The position numbers and the translations under genes are program-made. The notes under the pieces were generated by a model, which did not search any database, was not told the origin of the DNA, and saw only the letters and a program-made list of their open reading frames with translations. This document shows, one piece after another, positions 23,874 through 32,101 of a DNA stretch of 32,192 nucleotides. Each line of letters begins with the position of its first letter. The first letter of the stretch is position 1. Source of the stretch: Candidatus Lindowbacteria bacterium RIFCSPLOWO2_12_FULL_62_27 (GTDB lineage: Bacteria; Lindowbacteria; 2-12-FULL-62-27); the NCBI GenBank assembly GCA_001784175.1, contig MFPR01000005.1:1-32192 (forward strand), written 5' to 3'.

Positions 23874-26810
23874 TCAAAGTCTTTCGACGCGCAGGGGCGT
23901 GCCGTAACTCTGCGTGCCCCCGGCGACGGGATCCATCAGGATCCGGTCCTTCAGAACCGGATCGGCCATGTAGAGGGGGTTGATGTGGAACCCCGCGCCG
24001 ATGCGGTCGTCCTGATACTGCGGCTTGCCGTTCACATACCACATGCGCGCGCCGGCGCCCCAGCGGCCGTAAGACTGCGAGACGGAGAATACGCCGGGCC
24101 GGACGCGGCTGGTGACGCGGACCTGAAATTTGTACCAGCCGTCGCCGAGCGAGTTGGCGTACTCCTTCACGGGGATGCTGCTGGGCGATTTCACCCTGAC
24201 CCAGTCGCCCGTGACGACGCCGAGTTTGACGGCCTCGGCCGGATTGATCTCGGCGAAATTCTGCGGCTGAATGGACATGAGCCACAGGTTCTGGGCGGTA
24301 CGCGACTGCGTGTGCCATGCGTCCTTGTGCGTATGCAGCGCGAAGGGATACTCGGCCCAGAGTTTCGGGTCGAGCGGCTGTTCCGTGCAGTCGAAAATTC
24401 CGCGATAGGTCGGCAGGCCGTCGAAGAACGATCCGGTCATGCAGTTCTTGGTCGTCGCGACTTTTTGCTGATAGGCAAACAGCGCCCGGACCGGCCGGCC
24501 GCCCGGGAACCGGCAGTACTCGCCGTCGTATTCCTTGGTGGGATTTTCGAACTTCCCGCCCATTTTGACGAAGTCGCTGTTCGGATCGAGTCCGTCCTTG
24601 AAGTCCTCATGCTTGTAGTACTCGTTCCAGTAGTCCCAGGAGTTCATGAGGTCGATGCCGTCTCCGCCGCCGTTCTTGCCGAATCCGGGCAGACCGCACC
24701 GGATGCCGATCTCGATGAGCACATCATCGGCCATCCGCGCGTCCGGATGGACGCCCCGATACTCGTGCGTCTTCGGATCCAGCTCGCCGACGACGGGCTG
24801 GCGCAGTCCCCAGACCTGGGTGTTGACCGGCGGATAGGTTTTGAATCCGCCAAACCGCTCGAGGTACTCGGTGTCGGGCAGGATGTAGTCGGCGAGGGAC
24901 GAGGTTTCGCCCATGTAGGCGTCGATGCTGAAAAGCAGTGGGACGAGGTCGGTGTTCTTCAAGTTCTCGATGACGGGCGCGTTGTAGGGCATGGTGTAGG
25001 CCGGGTCGTTGTAGTAGTTGAGAATCGCCTTGATCTTGTACGGATACCCGTGCTTGAGGTTGGAGAGAAAATTCGGTGTGACGGTGCGCCGCGCCAGCGG
25101 ATACCAAGGCCGCGTCGGAACCGGCTTCTTGCCTTCATACTTCTTGGCGCAGTCGACCGGAACGCCTTCGGGCTTGCGAAGCGTCCCGCCGACCTTGCCC
25201 TTGTAGGCGGCGTGGCCGGGCGAAAATCCGCCGCGCCGGTCGATGTTATCGACGAGCATGTTGATGATGCATAGCGCCTGTCCATTCCACCAGCCGTTGG
25301 TCTGCTGGACAGGCCCGCGGAACATTTCGATGACGGGCGTTTTGGCCGACGTAAACTCCCTTGAGAGGCGCGCGATCGTTCCCTTGGGAATGTCGCAGAG
25401 CCTGTCGCACTCCTCAAGCGTTTTCTCCCGCGCGCGCTCTTTGAGCATCCGGAACACCGTCTTGCACGGAATGCCCTTGATCGTGACCGACGCGTCGAGA
25501 TCCGCCGGCCCTTCGGCTTCGTGAAACGCCGTGGGACTCCCTCCGGCCATGACGACATAATCGGCCTGAACCGGGAGGCCCGCTTCGGCCGCCGTCAAAT
25601 ACGTCTTCGGCTCCGTCTGCTTGACGAGGTACGTCATGTCGGTCCAGTTGCGCCGGCCGGCGGCCTTGGCCGATTTTTCGTTCGGCAGGCGCAGGTATTC
25701 CCGGTTGAATTTTTCGTTGTCGATGATCCAGCGGATCATGCCGACCAAAAAGAACGCGTCGGCCGCGGGTTTGATGGGAATCCATTCGCCCTTGCCGTTA
25801 TGAGTCGCCTTGGCCGCGCCCGACGAAAGCCACGGATCGACGACGACGTGTTTGAACTCCTTGGCGTATGGCCCCAGCCGTTTGGCCCATTTCTGGAGTT
25901 TGCGGGTGCGAAGCTGCATGGGATAATCGGCGGCGGTGATGTTGGAGCCGATGGAGATGAGGTACGAGGTGAACGGGAGATCGGCGTAGGCGCCGATTTC
26001 ATACGGGGGAAGATTCAGAACGTCTTCGATGACGTTGTAGAACGTGCCGGCGCATCTGGCGCAATGGTTCAGCATGTGCGGCACGCCGCAGACTTCCTTG
26101 ACAAAACGCGGCGTCAGGGGCGACTGCTCGTTTCGGCCGTGCATCCAGACGAACTGATTGCGTTTGGGGCCCCAGCCGGCCGGCGGCGCCTCGTCCATGT
26201 AGGCCGAATCCTCCGGGCCGAGCGGCGAGTTGTCGTTGAGGATTTTGTTCAATCCGTCGACGTGGCGTTTCTCCTCGCCGGGAACGTCCTTGAACAGGCG
26301 GCCCCCGTTCAGGATCTCCTCCATGGCCTCTTCCCACGAGATCTTTTTCCACTGGCCCGACCCGCGCGGTCCGACGCGTTTTAAGGGATGCGTGAGGCGG
26401 GCGGGATTGTAGAGCGCAAAGACGCCGGCGTTGCCTTTCGGGCAGAGCGACGCGACGTCCTTGCCGGCCGGGCCGCCGTCGAGGTCGGATTCGGCCGCGA
26501 GGTCGCCTTTGGCGGAATAGTCATAACAGTTCGGATGAAAGGGATTGCCGTCGAGCTTGATAAGCTCGCCGCCTTTGATTTTGGCCTGAAGGCCGCATCC
26601 GCCGTGGCACATGAGACAGACGCTCCGCACGATCCGGACGTCCTCGCTGATCGGATCGGGTTTGGTGCCGCGCGATCCGAGCTGGTCGCGCCATTCGGCC
26701 GCGCTCGCCGGTTTGATCCGGCCAAGCACGCCGGCCGCCGCCGTCAGAGCCGCGCTCACCTTCACGAACGACCGCCGCGTGATAGAATTTTGTGTCAGGG
26801 TTGAAATCAT
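23874..26810 (-). CDS. Tat-exported TtrA/SrdA-family molybdoenzyme catalytic subunit
   Basis: SD GGAGGAGG; TRRSFVK; SVCLMCHGGCG..DGNPFHP..long insert..LCPKG; EILNGGRLF, PWYPL, ADYILPDTEYLER, NPL..DP features as in tetrathionate reductase A family; 978 aa. Confidence 0.85.
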   Translation of the reverse strand: MISTLTQNSITRRSFVKVSAALTAAAGVLGRIKPASAAEWRDQLGSRGTKPDPISEDVRIVRSVCLMCHGGCGLQAKIKGGELIKLDGNPFHPNCYDYSAKGDLAAESDLDGGPAGKDVASLCPKGNAGVFALYNPARLTHPLKRVGPRGSGQWKKISWEEAMEEILNGGRLFKDVPGEEKRHVDGLNKILNDNSPLGPEDSAYMDEAPPAGWGPKRNQFVWMHGRNEQSPLTPRFVKEVCGVPHMLNHCARCAGTFYNVIEDVLNLPPYEIGAYADLPFTSYLISIGSNITAADYPMQLRTRKLQKWAKRLGPYAKEFKHVVVDPWLSSGAAKATHNGKGEWIPIKPAADAFFLVGMIRWIIDNEKFNREYLRLPNEKSAKAAGRRNWTDMTYLVKQTEPKTYLTAAEAGLPVQADYVVMAGGSPTAFHEAEGPADLDASVTIKGIPCKTVFRMLKERAREKTLEECDRLCDIPKGTIARLSREFTSAKTPVIEMFRGPVQQTNGWWNGQALCIINMLVDNIDRRGGFSPGHAAYKGKVGGTLRKPEGVPVDCAKKYEGKKPVPTRPWYPLARRTVTPNFLSNLKHGYPYKIKAILNYYNDPAYTMPYNAPVIENLKNTDLVPLLFSIDAYMGETSSLADYILPDTEYLERFGGFKTYPPVNTQVWGLRQPVVGELDPKTHEYRGVHPDARMADDVLIEIGIRCGLPGFGKNGGGDGIDLMNSWDYWNEYYKHEDFKDGLDPNSDFVKMGGKFENPTKEYDGEYCRFPGGRPVRALFAYQQKVATTKNCMTGSFFDGLPTYRGIFDCTEQPLDPKLWAEYPFALHTHKDAWHTQSRTAQNLWLMSIQPQNFAEINPAEAVKLGVVTGDWVRVKSPSSIPVKEYANSLGDGWYKFQVRVTSRVRPGVFSVSQSYGRWGAGARMWYVNGKPQYQDDRIGAGFHINPLYMADPVLKDRILMDPVAGGTQSYGTPLRVERL

Positions 26811-26835
26811 TTGCAGGCCTCCTCCATATTTATAT

Positions 26836-26854
26836 TTGGAACCTGGTGTTCCAA
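26836..26854. promoter_or_regulatory. inverted repeat between arsR and the A subunit
   Basis: TTGGAAC-ctggt-GTTCCAA in an AT-rich gap just upstream of the SD; operator or RNA hairpin. Confidence 0.4.
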
Positions 26855-26877
26855 TCCGCAATCTATTATCCAAAAAC

Positions 26878-27240
26878 TCACGATCTCGTTCCACCCACAA
26901 TTTGCGCCTGCTTTCGGATTCGCTCAGAGAGGATGTCCCGAATCAGGTCGAACGCCTCCAGCATGCGCGGCGCGGCCAGGCGGTAGTAAATGCGGTTCGC
27001 ATCCTTTCGGGAGAGCAGCACGCCGCGCCGTTTCATCATGAGCAGATGGGGCGATACGGTTCCAAACCCCACGCCAAGTTTTCTGGCGATCTCTTTCACG
27101 CACTCCTCCCCGTCCCGCAGCGCTCCCAGAATGCGCAGGCGCACCGGATGCGAAAAGATTTTGCACATGTCCGCATGAAGTTCGCACAGCATTTCGTCGG
27201 ACGATCGAGAAACCCCACGAACGGCTTTCCTCCTGCCCAC
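26878..27240 (-). CDS. ArsR/SmtB-family transcriptional regulator
   Basis: CELHADMCKIFSHPVRLRIL, GEECVKEIA, TVSPHL, RKDANRIYYRL; GTG 27240 after a purine-rich SD-like stretch. Confidence 0.88.
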   Translation of the reverse strand: MGRRKAVRGVSRSSDEMLCELHADMCKIFSHPVRLRILGALRDGEECVKEIARKLGVGFGTVSPHLLMMKRRGVLLSRKDANRIYYRLAAPRMLEAFDLIRDILSERIRKQAQIVGGTRS

Positions 27241-27266
27241 CTCACGCCCCCCTTCGCTTGCGAGTA

Positions 27267-27292
27267 TTCTACAGAACTCAAGAACTGTAGAA
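27267..27292. promoter_or_regulatory. 8-10-8 inverted repeat over the predicted +1, putative ArsR operator
   Basis: TTCTACAG-aactcaagaa-CTGTAGAA, directly downstream of the -12 element. Confidence 0.55.
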
Positions 27293-27298
27293 CGACAT

Positions 27299-27315
27299 TG
27301 CAAAGGGTATTCCGA
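27299..27315 (-). promoter_or_regulatory. sigma54-type -24/-12 promoter
   Basis: TCGGAATACCCTTTGCA = GG-N10-GC; 16/17 identical to 8350-8366. Confidence 0.7.
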
Positions 27316-27402
27316 CAAAGACCAAGGGGAAGAAAAAGGCGGCAACTACTTTGAGGGCATTGAGTTGGTTATGGGGAAGCCATGATGTCCTGAAGGGGGG
27401 TA

Positions 27403-27439
27403 TGTATTGGATCAAAACAGTATGTCCGGATTAGTTACA
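27403..27439. promoter_or_regulatory. tandem TGT-N11-ACA putative upstream activating sequences
   Basis: TGTATTGGATCAAAACA (27403-27419) and TGTCCGGATTAGTTACA (27423-27439), 20-bp period. Confidence 0.6.
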
Positions 27440-27472
27440 GAAAGTGAATCGGTGGGTGAAAGCGGAGAGGAT

Positions 27473-27495
27473 CACGACGGCGGCGCGCCGTCGTG
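27473..27495 (-). terminator. GC-rich hairpin downstream of the secreted-protein gene
   Basis: CACGACGGC-ggcgc-GCCGTCGTG perfect 9-bp stem; no clear U-tract. Confidence 0.35.
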
Positions 27496-27534
27496 CGACT
27501 CCATTTCATAATGCGCTGTCCGCGCGAGTTGACC

Positions 27535-28602
27535 TCAACCTTCCGGCACGGGACGGAGCGGATTCAGGTACAGTCTGGTTTTCTTCCCTGCCGGTTCGAC
27601 GAGTGGGAGGACCCAACGGTTGCGCCACATGGCCACATTCGGGATGGTGCCCTTGAGCCGGTCCGTTTCCCAAAGCACGACGGCCCGGCGGCCTTTCACG
27701 TCGAAGGCGGTCACCTGGGAGCGGTCGTATCGCCGGCCGAGGATTTGCTGTTGGATGGGAGCGGGGATGTTGGAGAGCGCGAGAAGTTCCAATTCCGGAT
27801 CATCGTCGAGGTTGACGGGGACCGGTCCTCGGGACAGTTCCTCGCCCGGGCGCTTCTCGAACATCTCCCGATCGACGCCTGCGACCAGCAGGAGACTTCC
27901 GCCAAACGCGCCGTCGGCCTCCCACACCGCCTCCCAGCCTTCGCCATCGGGCCGGTAAAGAACGAGCCGCCGGTCGTCTCCTTCAATCCTCGCCACGCCC
28001 AATCCGCCGTTCGGCCAGAACGCGCCACGGGCGAAGGCGTACAACCGCGTATGTTGCGGCAGGGGCAAACGAGACGCCTCTTTGGCCCGGCCCTTCTTCA
28101 GAACGCAGACGGAGATGTCGTTCTTAAAAGGCCCGCCGCGGCCGACATCCTGGCGCAGAAGGACGCCGTCCATGGAGCGAAAAAAGGACGAGGAATCGTA
28201 GCCGGCGCGTTTGATTTTGCCGCGAGCGAATTCATAAAAATAGGTGTTGATGTCGCGTCCGAACGCCGACACGACGTAAAACAGTATTCGATCCGCGGCG
28301 GATTCACGAACGAATCCGCAGGCCAGCCCCTGTCCGCGGACTTTCACGGACGCCCTTTCATCGAGCTTCGGAAGAGAAAGGATTCTCAGGCGGGATTTGG
28401 AGAGGGCCAACAGGAGGTCGGCCGGCTCCTGGGTCGCGATGTCCACGATTTCATCGTTCAGGACGAATCCCTCGGCAAGCTCCGCCGTCATCCCGCGATC
28501 AGGCCGATGAACGGGAATCGGGTCCGCCGCCCTTGACGCCGAACTGAACGCTCCGCACAACAGGCAGAACAGGATGAACCATCGCCCGCTGGTATGTGTC
28601 AT
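27535..28602 (-). CDS. secreted hypothetical protein, FG-GAP/VCBS-like
   Basis: SD GGAGG, signal peptide (SASRA-A), NLDDDPELELLA motif, beta-rich sequence. Confidence 0.6.
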   Translation of the reverse strand: MTHTSGRWFILFCLLCGAFSSASRAADPIPVHRPDRGMTAELAEGFVLNDEIVDIATQEPADLLLALSKSRLRILSLPKLDERASVKVRGQGLACGFVRESAADRILFYVVSAFGRDINTYFYEFARGKIKRAGYDSSSFFRSMDGVLLRQDVGRGGPFKNDISVCVLKKGRAKEASRLPLPQHTRLYAFARGAFWPNGGLGVARIEGDDRRLVLYRPDGEGWEAVWEADGAFGGSLLLVAGVDREMFEKRPGEELSRGPVPVNLDDDPELELLALSNIPAPIQQQILGRRYDRSQVTAFDVKGRRAVVLWETDRLKGTIPNVAMWRNRWVLPLVEPAGKKTRLYLNPLRPVPEG

Positions 28603-28643
28603 CTCATCCTCCAACGACCTCATGTTCGGAAGGAAAATCCGTT

Positions 28644-29084
28644 TCATGCGCCGGCACAGGAGGTGAAGGGGTTGACGACGGTCGTGCGGTCGAACTCCTC
28701 GCCATCTTTGAGATCTTCACTGTAGACGACACGACAGGACAGTCTGGTGGCGGCGTGAATGATTAGAGCGTCCCAGAAGTTCATGTTTCGACTGTCCTTT
28801 AGGGTGAGCGCCGGGCCGATATCCTCCACAAGGTTGTCTACATGATGGAGATGGGCGAATCTGAGGACTCTCGTTTTCGCTGTTGCGGGATCAAGCGGGG
28901 TCGAAATTTTCCGAGTGACGTTCCAATAAAACTCGTGCAACACTTGGGTGCTGATCCAGTAGTCATGGGCAAACGCGTGCTCGACCAGCGCCGCCGCCGT
29001 TTTCTGTTTGACCCGGTCCGCCTGGTCAAACGCGTAGATCAGGATATTGGTGTCGAGAAACGCCCTATCGCTCGTGAAGTTCAT
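28644..29084 (-). CDS. vapC: PIN-domain toxin (VapC family)
   Basis: FLDTNILIY, ISTQVLHEF, FWDALII, YSEDL, VNPF; overlaps the antitoxin. Confidence 0.92.
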   Translation of the reverse strand: MNFTSDRAFLDTNILIYAFDQADRVKQKTAAALVEHAFAHDYWISTQVLHEFYWNVTRKISTPLDPATAKTRVLRFAHLHHVDNLVEDIGPALTLKDSRNMNFWDALIIHAATRLSCRVVYSEDLKDGEEFDRTTVVNPFTSCAGA

Positions 29085-29298
29085 CTCTGGAGACTCTCCG
29101 ATCCACACGGTAGAGACCCTTGGCGAAGTCCTGCCGAAGCAGGCGGAGCGCCTCTTCTTTGGTGTCAGGACTCTGGGTTACCAGGCGCCTCAGATAATCC
29201 CGTACCAGTTCGGAGAGACTCTTCCTCTGCTTTGCCGCCATAATTTTGGCTCGGTACATGAGGTCGTCATCCAAACGCAGGGTAAGATTCTGCTTCAT
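29065..29298 (-). CDS. ribbon-helix-helix antitoxin (DUF6364-like)
   Basis: MKQNLTLRLDDDL..AK..AA..KSLSELVRDYL..SRDELHER, 77 aa, upstream of the PIN gene. Confidence 0.85.
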   Translation of the reverse strand: MKQNLTLRLDDDLMYRAKIMAAKQRKSLSELVRDYLRRLVTQSPDTKEEALRLLRQDFAKGLYRVDRRVSRDELHER

Positions 29299-29300
29299 TT

Positions 29301-29333
29301 GCACATTATAATGTGCGGCACATAATTTGTCAA
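29301..29333 (-). promoter_or_regulatory. consensus sigma70 promoter, leaderless, with overlapping palindromes
   Basis: TTGACA (29333-29328), 17 nt, TATAAT (29310-29305), 6 nt to the ATG. Palindromes GCACATTATAATGTGC (29301-29316) and ATGTGC-G-GCACAT (29311-29323). Confidence 0.9.
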
Positions 29334-29341
29334 CGGGTGTT

Positions 29342-30880
29342 TCAATACAATTCAGCGCCGCCCTGATGACATTCATGACAGGCGGTCTCTTTCCACATGT
29401 CGCCCACGTCGCCCGGATGCTCAAACCCCGGCGCCTCGATATAGCTTCGCGCCTGCCAGCCACCGCTCGTTTCAGGTTTCAGGAACGTGTGGCAGGTCTT
29501 GCAGTCTCGCGTCATCGTCTTGCCTTTGGTCGACACCATGTCGTCCGTGTGGCACCGGAAACACCCAGGGGACTCGAGATGGCCGATGTGGTCGGGATAG
29601 GCCTTCCACCGGACCCGCATTTCGGGGAACTGGCTTTTGTTGTGCATGTCCTGCACGGCCAAAATGGCGTCGGTGATGCGGCGCGGGTTGGTTTGTTCAA
29701 TCGCCGGATATTGTTCGGAATAAAAATCGTGGAGGGCGGCGGCGATCCCGGCCATGGCCTCCGACCGGCTCGCGTACGATTTGTCCAGCGCCCGCACCGC
29801 CTCCCGCTTGATATAGGGAAGCGTCCGGTCCAGCGTGCCCGCCTCCAGCGCCTCGTTCACGATTTTCTGCGGCGAGAGAAATTTGTGCGAGGGGCGGTTG
29901 TGGCAGTCGATGCAGTCGACGCGGCGCGCCGGTCGCGCGAAGAGTTCGGAGTCCGAAATCGTCAGGGACTTCGACCGGTACTCGGAAATCTCGCCCGTGA
30001 TGCGGTCCGTCGCGCGCACCCAGGCGATGGCCTCCCGGGTGTCGTCATAGGGGATGTACTCGATGACATGGTTGATGTTCATGTGCAGATGAATCCCCGT
30101 CTGGCCTTTTCCGACGCGGCCGCCGCCGACGTTGACCATGAGCCGGACGGGAACGGGCGTGTTTTTCTCATCCGACAGGAAATGCGGCGACGTGCGCTCC
30201 TTGGGCGAATAGAAATGCTGGGGCCAGTGGCATTGCTCGCACGTCTCCTGGGCCGGCCGCAGATTTTTGATCGGCGCCGGGATGGGTTTGGGATAGTTGT
30301 CCGTGAGAACCGCGTAAATCTGGTAGCTCCCGGTAATTTTGGATTTGGCGAAATAGCTGGCGCCGGCGCCGATGTGGCAGGAAGCGCAATTGATGCTGGC
30401 GTGCGGAGAGGTCTTGTAGACGGTGAACTGCGGCTCCATGACCTTGTGGCAGACCTCGCCGCAGAAGGTGGACGATTCGGTGAAGTGATACGTCTGATAG
30501 ATGCCGGCGGCGCTCATCACCAGGATCACCATGCCGCCGAGGATGAACGCGAATGCGGTGTTGCGGTGGACCGGATTGGCGAAATCGATATGAATGTGCT
30601 TGGTGACGGCCGTGCCGGGACTGCGCCGGAGCCGGCGGCGCGTCCACCATGCGCCCGCCGGAATCAGAAGGATCCCGAGGCCGAAAAACGGCGGGAGAAT
30701 CAGATACAGGACGAGACCGAAATAGGGCGATTCGACGCCGAGAAACATCTCCGTCGCCCACAGGACGGCCTCCACGACGAGAACCAGGACCGACAGGATC
30801 ATCCCCGCCAGCGTGACGGGATTGTAAAAATAATCGGCAAACTTGTGCCGGACCGCCGCCTCCGGCTGTCCTTCGTTCAT
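29342..30880 (-). CDS. imcH: ImcH-like NapC/NirT-family inner-membrane 7-heme cytochrome
   Basis: Three N-terminal TM helices; TES..FCGEVCH, CASCH, CEQCH, CIDCH, CFRCH, CKTCH, CHECH; true start ATG 30880 with ATGA overlap. Confidence 0.82.
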   Translation of the reverse strand: MNEGQPEAAVRHKFADYFYNPVTLAGMILSVLVLVVEAVLWATEMFLGVESPYFGLVLYLILPPFFGLGILLIPAGAWWTRRRLRRSPGTAVTKHIHIDFANPVHRNTAFAFILGGMVILVMSAAGIYQTYHFTESSTFCGEVCHKVMEPQFTVYKTSPHASINCASCHIGAGASYFAKSKITGSYQIYAVLTDNYPKPIPAPIKNLRPAQETCEQCHWPQHFYSPKERTSPHFLSDEKNTPVPVRLMVNVGGGRVGKGQTGIHLHMNINHVIEYIPYDDTREAIAWVRATDRITGEISEYRSKSLTISDSELFARPARRVDCIDCHNRPSHKFLSPQKIVNEALEAGTLDRTLPYIKREAVRALDKSYASRSEAMAGIAAALHDFYSEQYPAIEQTNPRRITDAILAVQDMHNKSQFPEMRVRWKAYPDHIGHLESPGCFRCHTDDMVSTKGKTMTRDCKTCHTFLKPETSGGWQARSYIEAPGFEHPGDVGDMWKETACHECHQGGAELY

Positions 30881-32100
30881 GCGCCCGCCTCCCCCCTGCC
30901 TTCTCCCTCCTTCTGCCATGGCGGGAAGAGTTTGACAAGAACGGCGAGAATCACAAACGGAAGCACCATGATGACCGCGGCGCTGAAGAGCCCCTCGCGG
31001 CCGGCGATGCCCAATTTGTAGGTGGTCAGGCCCCGGAAACTTTTCGAGACGAACTGGCCGCCGATCACGACGTTCCAGCGCATCGCCAGAACGCCCAGCA
31101 AAATCAAAAGGCTGCTGATGGTGTAGACCGCCTTTCTCACCCGCTCGTGCACATGGGCGACGCGGGCGAATCCCAAAAGCAGCATGGGCACGATCGATCC
31201 CAGAAAAACCTGCACGACCAGCATGCTGAGATAGAGCATGCCTTCCAGCATCACCACCGTGATGTCGTAGTGCTCCTCGGCCTCGTAGGATTTCTGGATC
31301 ATCTCGAGCGCCTCGAGGCTGAAAGAGACGATGAGGGCGACGAGGAGGTACCGGGCGATGGTGTCGACGCAGTCCATCCGTTCGCCGACGACCTGCTCGC
31401 CGCGCAGCCAGCACGAGAACATGTAGATCACCATGACGGCGGCGATGCCGGACACCATCGCGGAAAAAAGAAAGATGATCGGCATGAGGGCGGTCGACCA
31501 CCAGGGGATGGCCTTGATGGAGCCGAAGATGAACCCGACGTATCCGTGCAGGAGGACGGCCGACGGAATGCCGACGACGGTGATGGCGCGGCCGATCTTG
31601 TCGTCGAGTTTGAGGGATTCGGGCGAGAGGTTGTCGGCGCCGAGCGTGAGGATTTTGTAAAACCAGCGAAGCGGCGCGGGTTTGGTTTTCGACAGGGTCA
31701 CGATGTCCTTGCGATAGTCGAACCAGAGTTCCAGCAACAGAACGATCGTCAGATACCAGAGATAGACGAACCCGAACATGGCCATGGCGGACGTGGGATT
31801 GGGCGTCACCAGAATTTCCCATGCGCGTTCCGGCCGGCCCAGGTGCGCGTTGAGCGGCATGGGCGCGACGAGCAGAAATGCCAGCGAGGTCAGGAGCGAC
31901 AGCCGGTAGGCGGGCGCCATCGCGCGCACGTTGAAGACGCGCACGAGGGACGCCAGAATGAACGCGCCGGCCACGAGGCCCGTGATATACGGATAGAGGA
32001 CGATCAGCACGCTCCACTGCAGCTCCACTTCGTTCGGATAAATAAACCCGGACACCCGCTCGAGCGCCTCGTAGAATTCCTCGATCAGATGCGGATCCAT
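30877..32100 (-). CDS. NrfD/PsrC-family membrane anchor (CbcU-like)
   Basis: FIYPNE, IVLYPYITGLVAGAF, HLGRPER, LHGYVGFIF, MRWNVVIGGQ; multi-TM, 407 aa. Confidence 0.88.
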   Translation of the reverse strand: MDPHLIEEFYEALERVSGFIYPNEVELQWSVLIVLYPYITGLVAGAFILASLVRVFNVRAMAPAYRLSLLTSLAFLLVAPMPLNAHLGRPERAWEILVTPNPTSAMAMFGFVYLWYLTIVLLLELWFDYRKDIVTLSKTKPAPLRWFYKILTLGADNLSPESLKLDDKIGRAITVVGIPSAVLLHGYVGFIFGSIKAIPWWSTALMPIIFLFSAMVSGIAAVMVIYMFSCWLRGEQVVGERMDCVDTIARYLLVALIVSFSLEALEMIQKSYEAEEHYDITVVMLEGMLYLSMLVVQVFLGSIVPMLLLGFARVAHVHERVRKAVYTISSLLILLGVLAMRWNVVIGGQFVSKSFRGLTTYKLGIAGREGLFSAAVIMVLPFVILAVLVKLFPPWQKEGEGRGEAGA

Positions 32101-32101
32101 T

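Noticed and set aside
22845-25274. Long plus-strand ORFs (also 4653-6119, 13859-15619, 29327-31021)
   Set aside because: Antisense shadows of GC-rich minus-strand genes with no recognisable motifs.
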